A stretch of 64,000 bases of DNA from an uncultured Acidimicrobiales bacterium (lineage in GTDB: Bacteria; Actinomycetota; Acidimicrobiia; Acidimicrobiales; SHLQ01). Each line of letters starts with the position of its first letter. Positions within the stretch are counted from its first letter, which is position 1. The DNA is taken from positions 56,882-120,881 of the forward strand of contig CALGZB010000170.1 in NCBI GenBank assembly GCA_937934655.1. The letters are read 5' to 3'. The position numbers and the translations under genes were made by a program. A model generated the notes under the pieces. It made no database searches. It was not told where the DNA came from and worked only from the letters and a program-made list of their open reading frames with translations. Positions 1 to 8,981 of this stretch are shown one piece after another.

Positions 1-322
1 CGGTGAGATGGATCTCTTTGGGACGAGTGATCTCCCACGACAGACCCGGCACCGATAGGCAGCCTTCTTCGTAGACCCACTCGCCACTGCTCTCGACGAC
101 CACCGGATTGATGAGCACGCCAGGCCCGTCGCCGAAGTCGTACACAAACATCCGTTTGGCCACGCCAACCTGCGGAGCGGCCAGGCCTATGCCTGGAGCG
201 TCGTACATAGCGGGGAACATGTCGCGGGCAAGCTTTGCGAGCTTGCCGTCGATGTCAGTGACGTCCTTCGCTGTTTCTCGCAGCACAGGATCGCCGACGT
301 ACCTGATGGAGTAGCGGGCCAT
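1..322 (-). CDS. def: peptide deformylase, N-terminal ~107 codons (gene continues past the left edge)
   Basis: Own reverse-strand translation from ATG (322-320): MARYSIRYVGDPVLRETAKDV...GIGLAAPQVGVAKRMFVYDF...EGCLSVPGLSWEITRP. It carries PDF motif 1 (GIGLAAPQ) and motif 2 (EGCLS). It is missing from the ORF track because no stop lies inside the window. Confidence 0.9.
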   Translation of the reverse strand, partial: MARYSIRYVGDPVLRETAKDVTDIDGKLAKLARDMFPAMYDAPGIGLAAPQVGVAKRMFVYDFGDGPGVLINPVVVESSGEWVYEEGCLSVPGLSWEITRPKEIHLT

Positions 323-345
323 ATGTTCAGGCTACCGTCAGCGGC

Positions 346-981
346 GTGTCCAGTCCGAGCCAAACGCCAGATGCCACACCCGAAGGCCAGTACTTCTCGG
401 CCGCTCCGGAGGTAGATTCTGACCCTCGGGTGCTTGAGTTATCTCTGCCGGACCTTCACCTTCGCCTCACCGCCGACCGCGGGGTGTTCGCTTCCGAACA
501 GATCGACACCGGCACCAAGTACCTTTTACTCGAAGCCCCCACTCCCCCGGCGGAGGCAAAAACGATGCTCGATATCGGCTGCGGGTACGGACCGATCGCC
601 CTCTCCCTCGCCGCTCGGCAGCCCGACGCCACCGTGTGGGCTATCGACGTAAACGAACGGGCCCGCAGGCTGTGCGAAGCCAACGCCTCCGATGCTGGGC
701 TCAGCAACGTAAAGGTAAGCCCGCCAGCCGAAGTGCCGGACGATCTGCGATTCGATCGGATATACGCCAACCCGCCCATCCGTATCGGCAAGTCTGCCCT
801 CCACGAACTTCTCGCCCTGTGGCTCGACCGCTTGGCACCCGACGGCGTCGCGTACCTGGTTGTGCAAAAGCACCTGGGCGCAGACTCGCTCACCCGGTGG
901 CTTGACGAACAAGGCTGGCCGGCGCAGAAGCTCAGTTCTCGCAAGGCGTTCCGAATCCTGGAAGTAAAGGCTCGTTCATGA
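346..981 (+). CDS. class I SAM-dependent methyltransferase, RsmC/RlmG-like small-domain (MTS) family
   Basis: 211-aa ORF with a GTG start. SAM motif I LDIGCGYGPIAL, acidic loop AIDVN, and NPPIRIG (NPPxx motif IV of N-methyltransferases). Confidence 0.8.
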   Translation: MSSPSQTPDATPEGQYFSAAPEVDSDPRVLELSLPDLHLRLTADRGVFASEQIDTGTKYLLLEAPTPPAEAKTMLDIGCGYGPIALSLAARQPDATVWAIDVNERARRLCEANASDAGLSNVKVSPPAEVPDDLRFDRIYANPPIRIGKSALHELLALWLDRLAPDGVAYLVVQKHLGADSLTRWLDEQGWPAQKLSSRKAFRILEVKARS

Positions 982-1523
982 AACAACTCGACGGTACAGG
1001 AATGAAGCGACTCCACCGCGAAACCCGCCGAAAGACCGATGCTCGACTGGCCATGATGGTCGAGGGAGTCCAAGGACCGTTCAGCTTGGGATCGATCATT
1101 CGCACCGCCGCTGCGTATCGGGTTGAGCACCTCTGGATCGCCAACACCGAAACCACCCCGGCGAACTCCAAGGTCGGCAAGACTGCGCTCGGCACCGACC
1201 GGTACGTCGAGTGGACCGCGTGTGAAACAACGGCCGAAGCAATTGGGCTCGCTCGTGCCGCTGGATTCCAACTGGTTGCGATCGAGTTGGCCGACCAGGC
1301 AAAGCCGATCGATCACATCGATATGACCCCGCCGACCTGTTTGGTTGTGGGCCACGAAGACCGAGGCGTGGTGCCAACGACCTTGAGCGCCGTCGACCAT
1401 GTGGCATACCTGCCCCAGCTCGGAAAGATTGGCTCGCTCAACGTGGCCACCGCTGCGTCGATCGCCATGTACGAAGCGCGTCGGCAACATCTCAGCTCCG
1501 GGGACTCGCAGCAAGAGCAGTAA
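978..1523 (+). CDS. TrmH/SpoU family RNA 2'-O-methyltransferase
   Basis: 181-aa ORF with a 4-nt ATGA overlap with the upstream methyltransferase. SpoU motifs LVVGHEDRGV and LPQLGKIGSLNVATAASIAMYE. Confidence 0.85.
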   Translation: MKQLDGTGMKRLHRETRRKTDARLAMMVEGVQGPFSLGSIIRTAAAYRVEHLWIANTETTPANSKVGKTALGTDRYVEWTACETTAEAIGLARAAGFQLVAIELADQAKPIDHIDMTPPTCLVVGHEDRGVVPTTLSAVDHVAYLPQLGKIGSLNVATAASIAMYEARRQHLSSGDSQQEQ

Positions 1524-1585
1524 GAGTGGTTCTCGGTCTCTCAACGTGACGGAAGTGTTGCTGACAGCGACACCTCTGCCGATAG

Positions 1586-2581
1586 ATGATGGTGAAGATG
1601 GATCACCCTCACGATCACGGCCATTCGCAGAACGGAACGGGCGGGCACAGCCATGAAGGCCACAGCCACGGCCCCAGTTTGGCGACCGCGGGGGCACGCC
1701 ACATCAAGCCTCTTAGGATCTCGTTCGCGCTCATCGGCTTCTACTTCTTCGTCGAGGTAATCGCCGGCTTCTGGACGGGATCGCTTGCGCTGCTTTCCGA
1801 TGCTGGCCACATGCTCACCGACGTCATTGGTCTCGGGATGGCGCTAGCCGCAATCCAGCTCGCGATCCGCCATAAGGCCGAATCCGACAGTCACGAATCG
1901 CAGCACACCTTCGGCCTCTACCGGCTCGAAATCCTGGCCGCATTCGTCAATGCCATCTTGTTGTTCGGTGTGGCGATTTATGTGCTCATCGAAGCGGTGA
2001 AGCGGTTCTCGGCCGACGATCAAGAACTCCTCGGTATCCCGATGCTTATCGTGGCCTCGCTCGGCCTTGTCGTGAACATCATCGTGTTCTTCCTTCTTCG
2101 AGAAGGCGCCAAAGACAGCCTGAACGTTGAGGGCGCCTACCTCGAAGTCATCGCTGACATGCTTGGTTCGGTGGCGGTTATCGCCGCGGCAATCATCTAC
2201 GAGCTCACCGGTTGGTCGTGGATCGACCCGCTCTTCGCTGCGGTCATTGGTCTTTGGATCCTCCCCCGCACCTACCACCTCGGCCGCCAAGCGATGCTCG
2301 TGCTGCTGCAGTCGGCGCCCAGCCATATCGATCTCAACGAACTCGGCACCAAGCTCGAAGGCATCGATGATGTCGTCGACGTCCACGAACTCCACGTGTG
2401 GACCCTCACCTCGCAGATGGAGTCGGCCTCGGCACATCTCACCGCCGCCGAGGGCGCCGATCATCACGCAATCCTCGATCAAGCCCGAGCGCTCCTCGCC
2501 GACACCTACGGCATCGACCACGCAACCTTCCAAGTAGAACCCGAATCCCACAGCGGCTGCCGAGAAGACTGCAGCTTCTAG
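1586..2581 (+). CDS. cation diffusion facilitator (CzcD/ZitB-like Zn/Co/Cd efflux transporter)
   Basis: 331-aa ORF. His-rich N-terminus (HPHDHGHSQNGTGGHSHEGHSHG), CDF signature SLALLSDAGHMLTD, six predicted TM segments and a C-terminal cytoplasmic domain. Confidence 0.9.
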   Translation: MMVKMDHPHDHGHSQNGTGGHSHEGHSHGPSLATAGARHIKPLRISFALIGFYFFVEVIAGFWTGSLALLSDAGHMLTDVIGLGMALAAIQLAIRHKAESDSHESQHTFGLYRLEILAAFVNAILLFGVAIYVLIEAVKRFSADDQELLGIPMLIVASLGLVVNIIVFFLLREGAKDSLNVEGAYLEVIADMLGSVAVIAAAIIYELTGWSWIDPLFAAVIGLWILPRTYHLGRQAMLVLLQSAPSHIDLNELGTKLEGIDDVVDVHELHVWTLTSQMESASAHLTAAEGADHHAILDQARALLADTYGIDHATFQVEPESHSGCREDCSF

Positions 2582-2648
2582 GGTCGCTGTCTTTATGGTC
2601 GCTGCGTCGCAAGCTCCTTCGCTCTGCGTTCCACTATGAGACCGTAGT

Positions 2649-2688
2649 TTCAACCTCGGCCTACGCTGGCGCTACGGCCGACACCAGG
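2649..2688. repeat. left arm of the outer inverted repeat
   Basis: TTCAACCTCGGCCTACGCTGGCGCTACGGCCGACACCAG is the near reverse complement (about 36/40 by eye) of 3352-3391. Weaker symmetry continues outward to 2582. Confidence 0.8.
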
Positions 2689-2700
2689 CTCTGACACAAA

Positions 2701-2726
2701 GCGCCGCTTCTGGGCACCATGCCGCT
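2701..2726. repeat. 26-bp direct repeat, copy 1
   Basis: GCGCCGCTTCTGGGCACCATGCCGCT, 25/26 identical to 2877-2902. Confidence 0.85.
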
Positions 2727-2781
2727 TTGGCCCGAACCGTTGACCTCGGTGCCTGAAACCAAGCCACAACCTCGGCACCTC

Positions 2782-2820
2782 GGTGCCTGGAACCAAACCC
2801 CCGGTTTTCCACCTGGCACC
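2782..2820. repeat. 39-bp direct repeat, copy 1
   Basis: GGTGCCTGGAACCAAACCCCCGGTTTTCCACCTGGCACC is identical to 3200-3238. A degenerate copy (GGTGCCTGAAACCAAGCC...) starts near 2749. Confidence 0.9.
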
Positions 2821-2845
2821 AAACACCGTGTTTGGTGCCAGGTGG
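2809..2845. repeat. perfect palindromic hairpin (17-bp stem, 3-nt loop)
   Basis: CCACCTGGCACCAAACA-CCG-TGTTTGGTGCCAGGTGG. No flanking T/U run, so it is not a classical intrinsic terminator. Confidence 0.85.
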
Positions 2846-2876
2846 ACGCATCTTGTGTTGCACGTGACCGCCCTGA

Positions 2877-2902
2877 GCGCCGCTTCTGGGCACCACGCCG
2901 CT
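2877..2902. repeat. 26-bp direct repeat, copy 2
   Basis: GCGCCGCTTCTGGGCACCACGCCGCT. The two copies bracket the first GGTGCC/hairpin module. Confidence 0.85.
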
Positions 2903-3199
2903 CGCACTCACGACGTTTGGGGCCTTCGCCGTACGTTGCCGCGACGTGTGCCGACTGTTGTTACTTGAGCGCTTGGTCCGGGACAGCTGTTATTGCACTT
3001 CGTGCAGACCGTTACGCACGGAGCGGCTCGCAGCGCGCCGGCTGCTTTTCATTCGTCGAACGCTTGCAGACTGCTCGGTGGCCGCAGCGCACCGGCAGCG
3101 CCGTTGGGTTTTCGAGCACCCCTAAAAGTTTGTAGCGGAGCACCTTCAGCCTGTGGTTCGTCGCACGCTGGAAGACTCCAGGGCGAACAACCAAAAGCC

Positions 3200-3238
3200 G
3201 GTGCCTGGAACCAAACCCCCGGTTTTCCACCTGGCACC
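3200..3238. repeat. 39-bp direct repeat, copy 2
   Basis: 39/39 identical to 2782-2820. It is followed by two more CCTGGCACCAAA cores, at about 3253 and 3282. Confidence 0.9.
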
Positions 3239-3281
3239 GGGAGGGGTTCAGGTACCTGGCACCAAACCCCCCAATTTCCAC

Positions 3282-3312
3282 CCTGGCACCAAAGTGGCGG
3301 TTTGGTGCCAGG
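3282..3312. repeat. palindromic hairpin (12-bp stem, 7-nt loop), variant of 2809-2845
   Basis: CCTGGCACCAAA-GTGGCGG-TTTGGTGCCAGG. Confidence 0.8.
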
Positions 3313-3351
3313 TCTACAGCGCTCAAATGAACAGTAACTGCCTACCAGTGG

Positions 3352-3391
3352 CTGGTGTTGTGCCGTAGCGCCAGCGGAGGCCGAGGTTGAA
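3352..3391. repeat. right arm of the outer inverted repeat
   Basis: CTGGTGTTGTGCCGTAGCGCCAGCGGAGGCCGAGGTTGAA pairs with 2649-2688. A second weaker block near 3470-3512 mirrors 2582-2640. Confidence 0.8.
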
Positions 3392-3512
3392 GCCAGCGAA
3401 ACCTGCAGGACTAGGCAACGCGAGTTGTGAAGCAACTCGGTAAGGGCTTCGCCGCAGGCGAAACCGACGCGGAGCGCAGAAAGAGCGAGGTTGCGAGCGA
3501 ACGACCAAAATG

Positions 3513-4115
3513 TCAGCTCGCGATGAACCACTTTCGGCGTTCGGTTTTGGTGGCCCAGGGGTTGGCGTGGGCGGTCATTTCTTTGGCCCATTCGTCGTAG
3601 AGCTCGCCCTGCACGATGACGGGGAGGTTCTTGCCGAAGACCCGCTCGATTGCGCCGGATTCATGGAGACTCGCACCTACGCGGCCAAGCATGTGCCGGA
3701 TGCGGTGGGCGAAGCGAGCGTCTCCGCCAGGCGGGTGCCCGTTGGCGGCCAACTCGGCGATGGCCCAACTACGGGTTTGACGCTCGATGTTGGCACCTGG
3801 CTGCACGCAGTCGAAGTCCCAGAGGACGATGTCGATCCAGTGATCGAGCGACCATTGTGCTTCGACCATCGAGATGCCGGCCCGCTCGACCGATGACACC
3901 TGCGATTCAGTGGTGGCTCGAAGTTCGATGCGGAACTCCATGGGATCGTCAGGGCTCTCGTGAAGTACCAGGCTTAGCGCCCGGCATGATTCGACGATGG
4001 GCCGAGGGAGCAGCTCGAGGGCGTTCTTGATGTTCATGGCCATATGACGCGTCAATTGCGTCGTTGCCATTTCGACAAGCTCTTGGAGCCGCTGCTCTGA
4101 ATACGATCCTCCCAT
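3513..4115 (-). CDS. hypothetical protein (no recognisable domain)
   Basis: ORF track gives 3513-4190 (225 aa), which overlaps the priA 3' end by 26 nt. The internal ATG at 4115 (MGGSYSEQRLQELVEMATTQ...) removes the overlap. Coding-like composition; I recognise no motif. Confidence 0.55.
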   Translation of the reverse strand: MGGSYSEQRLQELVEMATTQLTRHMAMNIKNALELLPRPIVESCRALSLVLHESPDDPMEFRIELRATTESQVSSVERAGISMVEAQWSLDHWIDIVLWDFDCVQPGANIERQTRSWAIAELAANGHPPGGDARFAHRIRHMLGRVGASLHESGAIERVFGKNLPVIVQGELYDEWAKEMTAHANPWATKTERRKWFIAS

Positions 4116-4164
4116 CGGCGCCAACCTAGCGCGCGAATTGAGGGTCCGGTGTTGATCGGCCCAA

Positions 4165-5940
4165 TCACACTCGGAGTGGGTCGACCTCAATACGCATTCG
4201 CCCAGCTGGTCGATCTACGGATCGAAGAAATCCGCCAAGAATTTCATGATTAGCAGCCCGAACCAGCCAGCGTTCGTCGATTGGCCCTTGGACCATCACA
4301 CCTTCGGTTGGTGGGAGCGACGCAATGAATTCTTCGGCGACGGAGCCTGAGATGGCCGCCATTGCCGAGTACGGGGGGAGCCGAAGCTCTTGACGTCGTT
4401 GTTTCTCGGCGTCGCGAAGAATCGATGGGTCCGATTGCACCGCGGCCCGAAGGACTTCGTGTTCGGGTTTACGCGTTTGCACCAGAAGGCGGCCGCCTTC
4501 CTTACGAGGCCCGAGCAGGCGGGCGGCCCGGACAAGAAACCCGAAGGCCTGCTCGGCCGATCGATAGCGGAGGCCGCCAAGCTCTTGGTCGAAGTCGAGG
4601 AATACCACGGCGCTGGCGCGTTTGATGCGGTGCAGCACCGCCTCGGTGCCCACGAATACATCGGCGCTTGCCAGATCGATTTCCTCCGGGGCGCCCACTT
4701 TCCGGGCTCCTCGTGCGCCGCCACTCTTCTTGGTGCCGGTCGAACTTGCACTCACTTCGACGACCTTGCGGCCGGCAAGTGCTTCGAGTTCCTCGCGGGC
4801 CCGAGTGACGCCCATTCGGATGCGTTTGAAAGTTGAGGAGCCGCAACTCCCGCAGACCACTGGACGATTCGTACCGCAGGTCGAGCACTCAAGGAGATCT
4901 TCGTCATGTTGCTTGAGCGCCGACGAGCACACGTCGCAAAGCCCAAGCTCACCGCAGCTGGTGCACGCTAGGAGTCGGGCGCGTCCCTTGCGGTTGAGCA
5001 CAAACACAATGGGATCTTCGGCGGTGGTGTCGCGCAACGCTCGAACCACCGTGTCGGAAAACAAACCAGTACGACCGATGTCGTCGCTTCGCCGATCGAT
5101 GATTTCGACCCGTGGCCAGCCAGCTCGTTCTTGCGGACGTTCCGGCAGAAGCAAATCGCCCCACTCAACCGATTCGAGGGTGGGGTTGGGCGAAAGCACT
5201 ACGCATGGCACCCCGGCGCGTCTGGCGCGCTCCTGGGCCACATCGCGGGCATTCCAGGTTGGACTTCTCTCGTCCTGATACACCTCGTCGTGCTCATCGA
5301 ACACCACGACGGCCGCAAGGTCGTTTACCGGCGCCCACGCTGCGGCGCGTCCGCCAACAACGGTGGCACCGCTTGCCGCACGGGCCCACCCTTCGGGCAT
5401 CGCCGCCACCCGCACGCCGAGGTCGGCGAGGTTGCGGGAAAGCCACTTGGCTCGGGTAACGCTGGGTACGAGGATGAGGGCATTCCCGCGCCGGGCCGCG
5501 GCAAGGGCATACGGAAGCGATGCTCCTCGCGGCGGCAGCTGTACAACCGAGCGGTCACGTTCGAAGGCAGACTCGACAAACGGGTCCTGTTCGGGAATCG
5601 GCTTGGCTGGCCGGGGCGCCGATAGGCGAGTCACCGCCTTCAGCGGTGAAGCGGCAACCAACAGGCGGCTCGGATGCCCCACCCAGCGGTCGGCGGCCCA
5701 GTGTGCGAGTTCGACGATGTCGGCCGATGGCCCGTACCCGGTGACTTTGGTAAGTGCTCGCAACGAAACACCGACAGCGGGTTCGACGTCGCAACCGACA
5801 ACCCAACCTCGAAGCCGCCGTCCACCGAGGTCGAACCGGACGATTGATCCGACCTGCACCATCTTCCGGTTGGCCTCGGACCAAGAGTCGGGAACCACGT
5901 AGTCGAACGTCTTGGTGATTCCGGTGACATCGGGGAGCAC
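4165..5940 (-). CDS. priA: primosomal protein N' (PriA), actinobacterial short form
   Basis: 591 aa. N-terminal 3'-DNA-binding-like domain, DEHD (motif II-like, VVVFDEHDEVYQ), and a Cys-rich Zn module CTSCG...CDVC...CSTCG...CGSCG. No GxxGxGK[ST] Walker A found in the translation. Confidence 0.85.
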   Translation of the reverse strand: MLPDVTGITKTFDYVVPDSWSEANRKMVQVGSIVRFDLGGRRLRGWVVGCDVEPAVGVSLRALTKVTGYGPSADIVELAHWAADRWVGHPSRLLVAASPLKAVTRLSAPRPAKPIPEQDPFVESAFERDRSVVQLPPRGASLPYALAAARRGNALILVPSVTRAKWLSRNLADLGVRVAAMPEGWARAASGATVVGGRAAAWAPVNDLAAVVVFDEHDEVYQDERSPTWNARDVAQERARRAGVPCVVLSPNPTLESVEWGDLLLPERPQERAGWPRVEIIDRRSDDIGRTGLFSDTVVRALRDTTAEDPIVFVLNRKGRARLLACTSCGELGLCDVCSSALKQHDEDLLECSTCGTNRPVVCGSCGSSTFKRIRMGVTRAREELEALAGRKVVEVSASSTGTKKSGGARGARKVGAPEEIDLASADVFVGTEAVLHRIKRASAVVFLDFDQELGGLRYRSAEQAFGFLVRAARLLGPRKEGGRLLVQTRKPEHEVLRAAVQSDPSILRDAEKQRRQELRLPPYSAMAAISGSVAEEFIASLPPTEGVMVQGPIDERWLVRAANHEILGGFLRSVDRPAGRMRIEVDPLRV

Positions 5941-6033
5941 GCGAACGACCCGCCCGTCCGGCGGTAAAGCCGGAGCGGGCGGGTCGTCATCAAATTCGAT
6001 CAGCCGCCCTTGTTCGGCGGACGGCGAACTAAT

Positions 6034-7233
6034 TTAGAGCCCCAGGGCCGACTTGAGATCGTCAGCGCGGTTGGTGGCTTCCCATGGGAACCCGCCGTCG
6101 TCGTCGGTGCGGCCGAAGTGGCCGTATGCGGCGGTGCGCTTGTAGATCGGACGACGGAGGTCGAGGTCACGCAAGATGGCTGCCGGGCGAAGGTCAAAGA
6201 CCTGGTCGACGGCTTCTGCGATCTTGACCGGGTCGACGGTTTCGGTGCCGAAGGTCTCGACCCAAACCGACATGGGCTTGGCGACGCCGATTGCGTACGC
6301 AACCTGCACTTCACAGCGGCTTGCTGCGCCAGACGCAACCACGTTTTTCGCAACCCAGCGGGTTGCGTAAGCGGCCGAACGGTCGACCTTCGATGGGTCC
6401 TTACCGGAGAACGCACCGCCACCGTGACGAGCGGAGCCGCCGTAGGTGTCGACGATGATCTTTCGGCCGGTAAGGCCTGCATCGCCAACGGGTCCACCGA
6501 TAACAAAGCGTCCGGTTGGGTTGACGTAGACCTCGTAGTCATCGTCTGCGAATTGCTCGGGGATGACCGGGCGAATCACGTTTTCGATGAGGTCTGGACG
6601 AATCATCGAGTCGCGATCGATGCCGTCGTTGTGCTGAGTCGAGATAAGGACCGTCTTGAGCGCAACGGGCTTGTTGTCTTCGTATTCGAAGGTGACCTGA
6701 GTCTTGCCGTCGGGACGTAGGTACGGAACCGTACCGGCCTTACGAACCTCGGAGAGGCGTTCGGCCATGCGGTGGGCAAGGTGGATCGGAAGCGGCATCA
6801 GCTCTGGAGTTTCCTCACAGGCGTAACCGAACATCATGCCTTGGTCGCCGGCGCCCTGCTTGTCGAGGTCGTCCTCTTCGGACTGTCCGGAGCGGACCTC
6901 TTCGGAGTCGTCGACGCCTTGGGCGATATCGACCGACTGCTCGTCGAGGGAGACCATGACACCGCAGGTGTTGCCGTCGAATCCAAAGGATTCGCGGTCG
7001 TAACCGATTTCCTTGATGGTTTCGCGGACAATCGACGGGATGTCGACGTAGGCCTTGGTGGTGATCTCGCCAGCAACGACGGCGATACCGGTGGTTACGA
7101 GCGTCTCGCAGGCAACCCGGCTTGCGGGGTCCTGGGCGAGAAGAGCATCGAGGATTGAGTCCGAAATCTGATCGGCCATCTTGTCGGGATGACCCTCGGT
7201 TACGGACTCGGACGAAAAGGTCCAACTACTCAT
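6034..7233 (-). CDS. metK: S-adenosylmethionine synthetase
   Basis: 399 aa. [29 protein letters not shown] and [19 protein letters not shown] signatures. Confidence 0.97.
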   Translation of the reverse strand: MSSWTFSSESVTEGHPDKMADQISDSILDALLAQDPASRVACETLVTTGIAVVAGEITTKAYVDIPSIVRETIKEIGYDRESFGFDGNTCGVMVSLDEQSVDIAQGVDDSEEVRSGQSEEDDLDKQGAGDQGMMFGYACEETPELMPLPIHLAHRMAERLSEVRKAGTVPYLRPDGKTQVTFEYEDNKPVALKTVLISTQHNDGIDRDSMIRPDLIENVIRPVIPEQFADDDYEVYVNPTGRFVIGGPVGDAGLTGRKIIVDTYGGSARHGGGAFSGKDPSKVDRSAAYATRWVAKNVVASGAASRCEVQVAYAIGVAKPMSVWVETFGTETVDPVKIAEAVDQVFDLRPAAILRDLDLRRPIYKRTAAYGHFGRTDDDGGFPWEATNRADDLKSALGL

Positions 7234-7268
7234 GAAAATTCTGTTCCTGTCTTGTTCATTGAGATCTC

Positions 7269-8531
7269 CTAGGGAGACTTCTGGTTCGCCTGCGCTACTA
7301 CGACGTGGTCGAGGACAGCGCGGGCGATGACTGTCTTGGAGGCGAGCGGCACAGCGTGCTCTTCGCCTGTTGCAGTCAGGATGAGTACTTCGTTCGTGTC
7401 ATGCCCGAACCCAACCTCGGGTGCGGACACGTCGTTTGCAACCATCAAGTCGACGCCCTTGCGGGTGAGTTTTCCGGCCGCATTTTCTCGGAGATCCGAG
7501 GTTTCTGCTGCAAAGCCGACGATCATCTGATCGGGACGCCGAGTGGCGCCGACATTAGCCAGAATATCCTCAGTAGCCTCAAGAGTCACATTCGGAACTC
7601 CACCGGCCTTTTTGATCTTCCCCGCAGCGGCCTCAGCCGGTCGGAAATCGGCGACCGCTGCCGCCATGACTAAGACGTTGGCAGTAGGCATTGCGTCGCG
7701 CACCGCACCAGACATTTCGGCTGCAGTTTCGACGCTGACGACCTCGACACCCGCTGGGGTTTCGCGGTCGACCGTACTGATCAGGGTGACCTGGGCGCCT
7801 CGAGCGGCAGCCTCATTTGCGATGGCATAACCCTGCTTGCCCGATGAACGATTGCCGAGAAAGCGCACGGCATCCATTGGTTCTCGGGTTCCGCCCGCAG
7901 TGACAACAACGCGCTGGCCAACGAGCGATGTATGGGTCCCGGCAGCAACGGCTTCGACGGTCCGCACGATCGTGGCGGGTGCGGCCAGTCGGCCCTTGCC
8001 GATATCGCCGCCAGCGAGCCGACCTTCCTCCGCAGGAACGATCACCACTCCCCTACTCGCCAGAACTTCGAGGTTCTCTTCGACCGCTGGGTGTTCCCAC
8101 ATTTCGGTATGCATTGCGGGAGCAAGCACTACTGGTGCGGCAGTTGCGATGAGTGTCGCCGTCATCAGGTCGGCGGATCGACCGGTGCGATAGTCACTGA
8201 TAACCCGGGCGGTGGCAGGAGCAACCACAATGAGATCGGCTTCCTGGCCCAAACGGGTATGGGGAATCGGGTTGGCGTTGTTTTCGAACAACCCCATCTG
8301 GACCGGCTCGGAGCCGAGCGCGGAAAAGGTTGTCTTCCCGACAAAGTTAAGTGCGCCCTTCGTGAGCACAGGAACCACATGGGCTCCCGCATCGACCAAG
8401 CGGCGCAGTACCTCAATCGACTTGTAGGCAGCGATACCACCGCTGACACAAAGAACAATGCGTTTCCCCGCGACCGGAGAGGCCGCGTGATCCGCGTTGT
8501 TCCCTGGCTCGGAAGGCGTGTCAGTCGACAT
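7269..8531 (-). CDS. coaBC: bifunctional phosphopantothenoylcysteine decarboxylase / phosphopantothenate-cysteine ligase
   Basis: 420 aa. N-terminal flavoprotein domain ([17 protein letters not shown]) and C-terminal CoaB domain ([24 protein letters not shown]). Confidence 0.95.
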   Translation of the reverse strand: MSTDTPSEPGNNADHAASPVAGKRIVLCVSGGIAAYKSIEVLRRLVDAGAHVVPVLTKGALNFVGKTTFSALGSEPVQMGLFENNANPIPHTRLGQEADLIVVAPATARVISDYRTGRSADLMTATLIATAAPVVLAPAMHTEMWEHPAVEENLEVLASRGVVIVPAEEGRLAGGDIGKGRLAAPATIVRTVEAVAAGTHTSLVGQRVVVTAGGTREPMDAVRFLGNRSSGKQGYAIANEAAARGAQVTLISTVDRETPAGVEVVSVETAAEMSGAVRDAMPTANVLVMAAAVADFRPAEAAAGKIKKAGGVPNVTLEATEDILANVGATRRPDQMIVGFAAETSDLRENAAGKLTRKGVDLMVANDVSAPEVGFGHDTNEVLILTATGEEHAVPLASKTVIARAVLDHVVVAQANQKSP

Positions 8532-8586
8532 GGGTACCTATCGGCCTAGGGGCTCGGTTTCGCTGGAAACAGCGAGCCGGATCGGG

Positions 8587-8877
8587 CTATTCGGCCTCGT
8601 CGGCCTCAGTGGCGGCGGGCTCAGGCTCTACTTCGCGTTCGACCGGCACGATCACATCGGCGCCGATCTCTTCGAAAGCAACCGACAATGACTTGCGAGC
8701 GGTGGAGGTGACCTGTGGCGGAACAGCCTTTCCGAGGCCATCGCCGAGCTGTCCGAAGTAGGAGTTGATCTGACGGGCGCGCTGGGAGCTAAGCGTCACC
8801 AGGCGGAACTTGGATTCGGCCTTTTCGAGGAGTTCCTCGATTGGTGGCCTCATAAGTTGATCGTGTTGTTGCGCCAT
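8587..8877 (-). CDS. rpoZ: DNA-directed RNA polymerase subunit omega
   Basis: ORF track gives 8587-8940. I prefer the ATG at 8877 (MAQQHDQLMRPPIEELLEKAESKFRLVTLSSQRARQIN), which is preceded by GAGGAG. Confidence 0.9.
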   Translation of the reverse strand: MAQQHDQLMRPPIEELLEKAESKFRLVTLSSQRARQINSYFGQLGDGLGKAVPPQVTSTARKSLSVAFEEIGADVIVPVEREVEPEPAATEADEAE

Positions 8878-8981
8878 AGCAGGTGCTCCTCTTGCAAACT
8901 GAATCTCAATGGTACCGCTTTGCCAGGCTGCGCACAGCACTGACGCAAAAAACCTACGACCAACGCCAGCGGGAGACCGGC

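Larger units (their letters stand above)
2582..3512. repeat. 931-bp non-coding island of nested inverted and direct repeats between two convergent genes (possible MITE/foldback element, REP-like cluster or structured RNA)
   Basis: No credible ORF; the six-frame ORFs here only translate the repeats (GTKPPVFHLAP... occurs twice). Contains the outer inverted repeat, a 39-bp perfect direct repeat, a 26-bp repeat and several CCTGGCACCAAA/TTTGGTGCCAGG palindromic hairpins, each listed separately below. Confidence 0.75.

Noticed and set aside
2782-3312. Multiple TGGCAC motifs read as sigma-54 (-24) promoter elements
   Set aside because: No TTGC(A/T) element follows at the required 5-nt spacing. The motif is part of palindromes in both orientations. 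The region lies between two gene ends, and actinobacteria generally lack sigma-54.
2649-3391. Integron attC-like ends (…TTTCAAC at left, GTTGAAG… at right, resembling RYYYAAC/GTTRRRY)
   Set aside because: Neither core fits the consensus exactly. The arms are about 660 bp apart, whereas attC sites are roughly 60-140 bp. No intI gene or cassette ORF is present.
2582-3512. Possible CRISPR array, because short sequences recur
   Set aside because: The repeats differ in length (26, 39, ~12 bp core), occur in both orientations and have irregular spacing. There is no repeat-spacer periodicity and no cas genes in the window.
2650-3591. Track ORFs inside the repeat island (e.g. 2650-2907 -, 2719-3135 +, 2993-3337 +, 3049-3591 -)
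   Set aside because: They overlap each other in several frames. Their peptides are repeat translations (GTKPPVFHLAPNTVFGARW twice) and are Arg/Pro/Trp/Cys-rich. None has a plausible SD-start context.
7234-7268. SAM riboswitch upstream of metK
   Set aside because: Only about 35 nt separate metK from coaBC, too short for any SAM riboswitch class. metK is evidently co-transcribed with coaBC.
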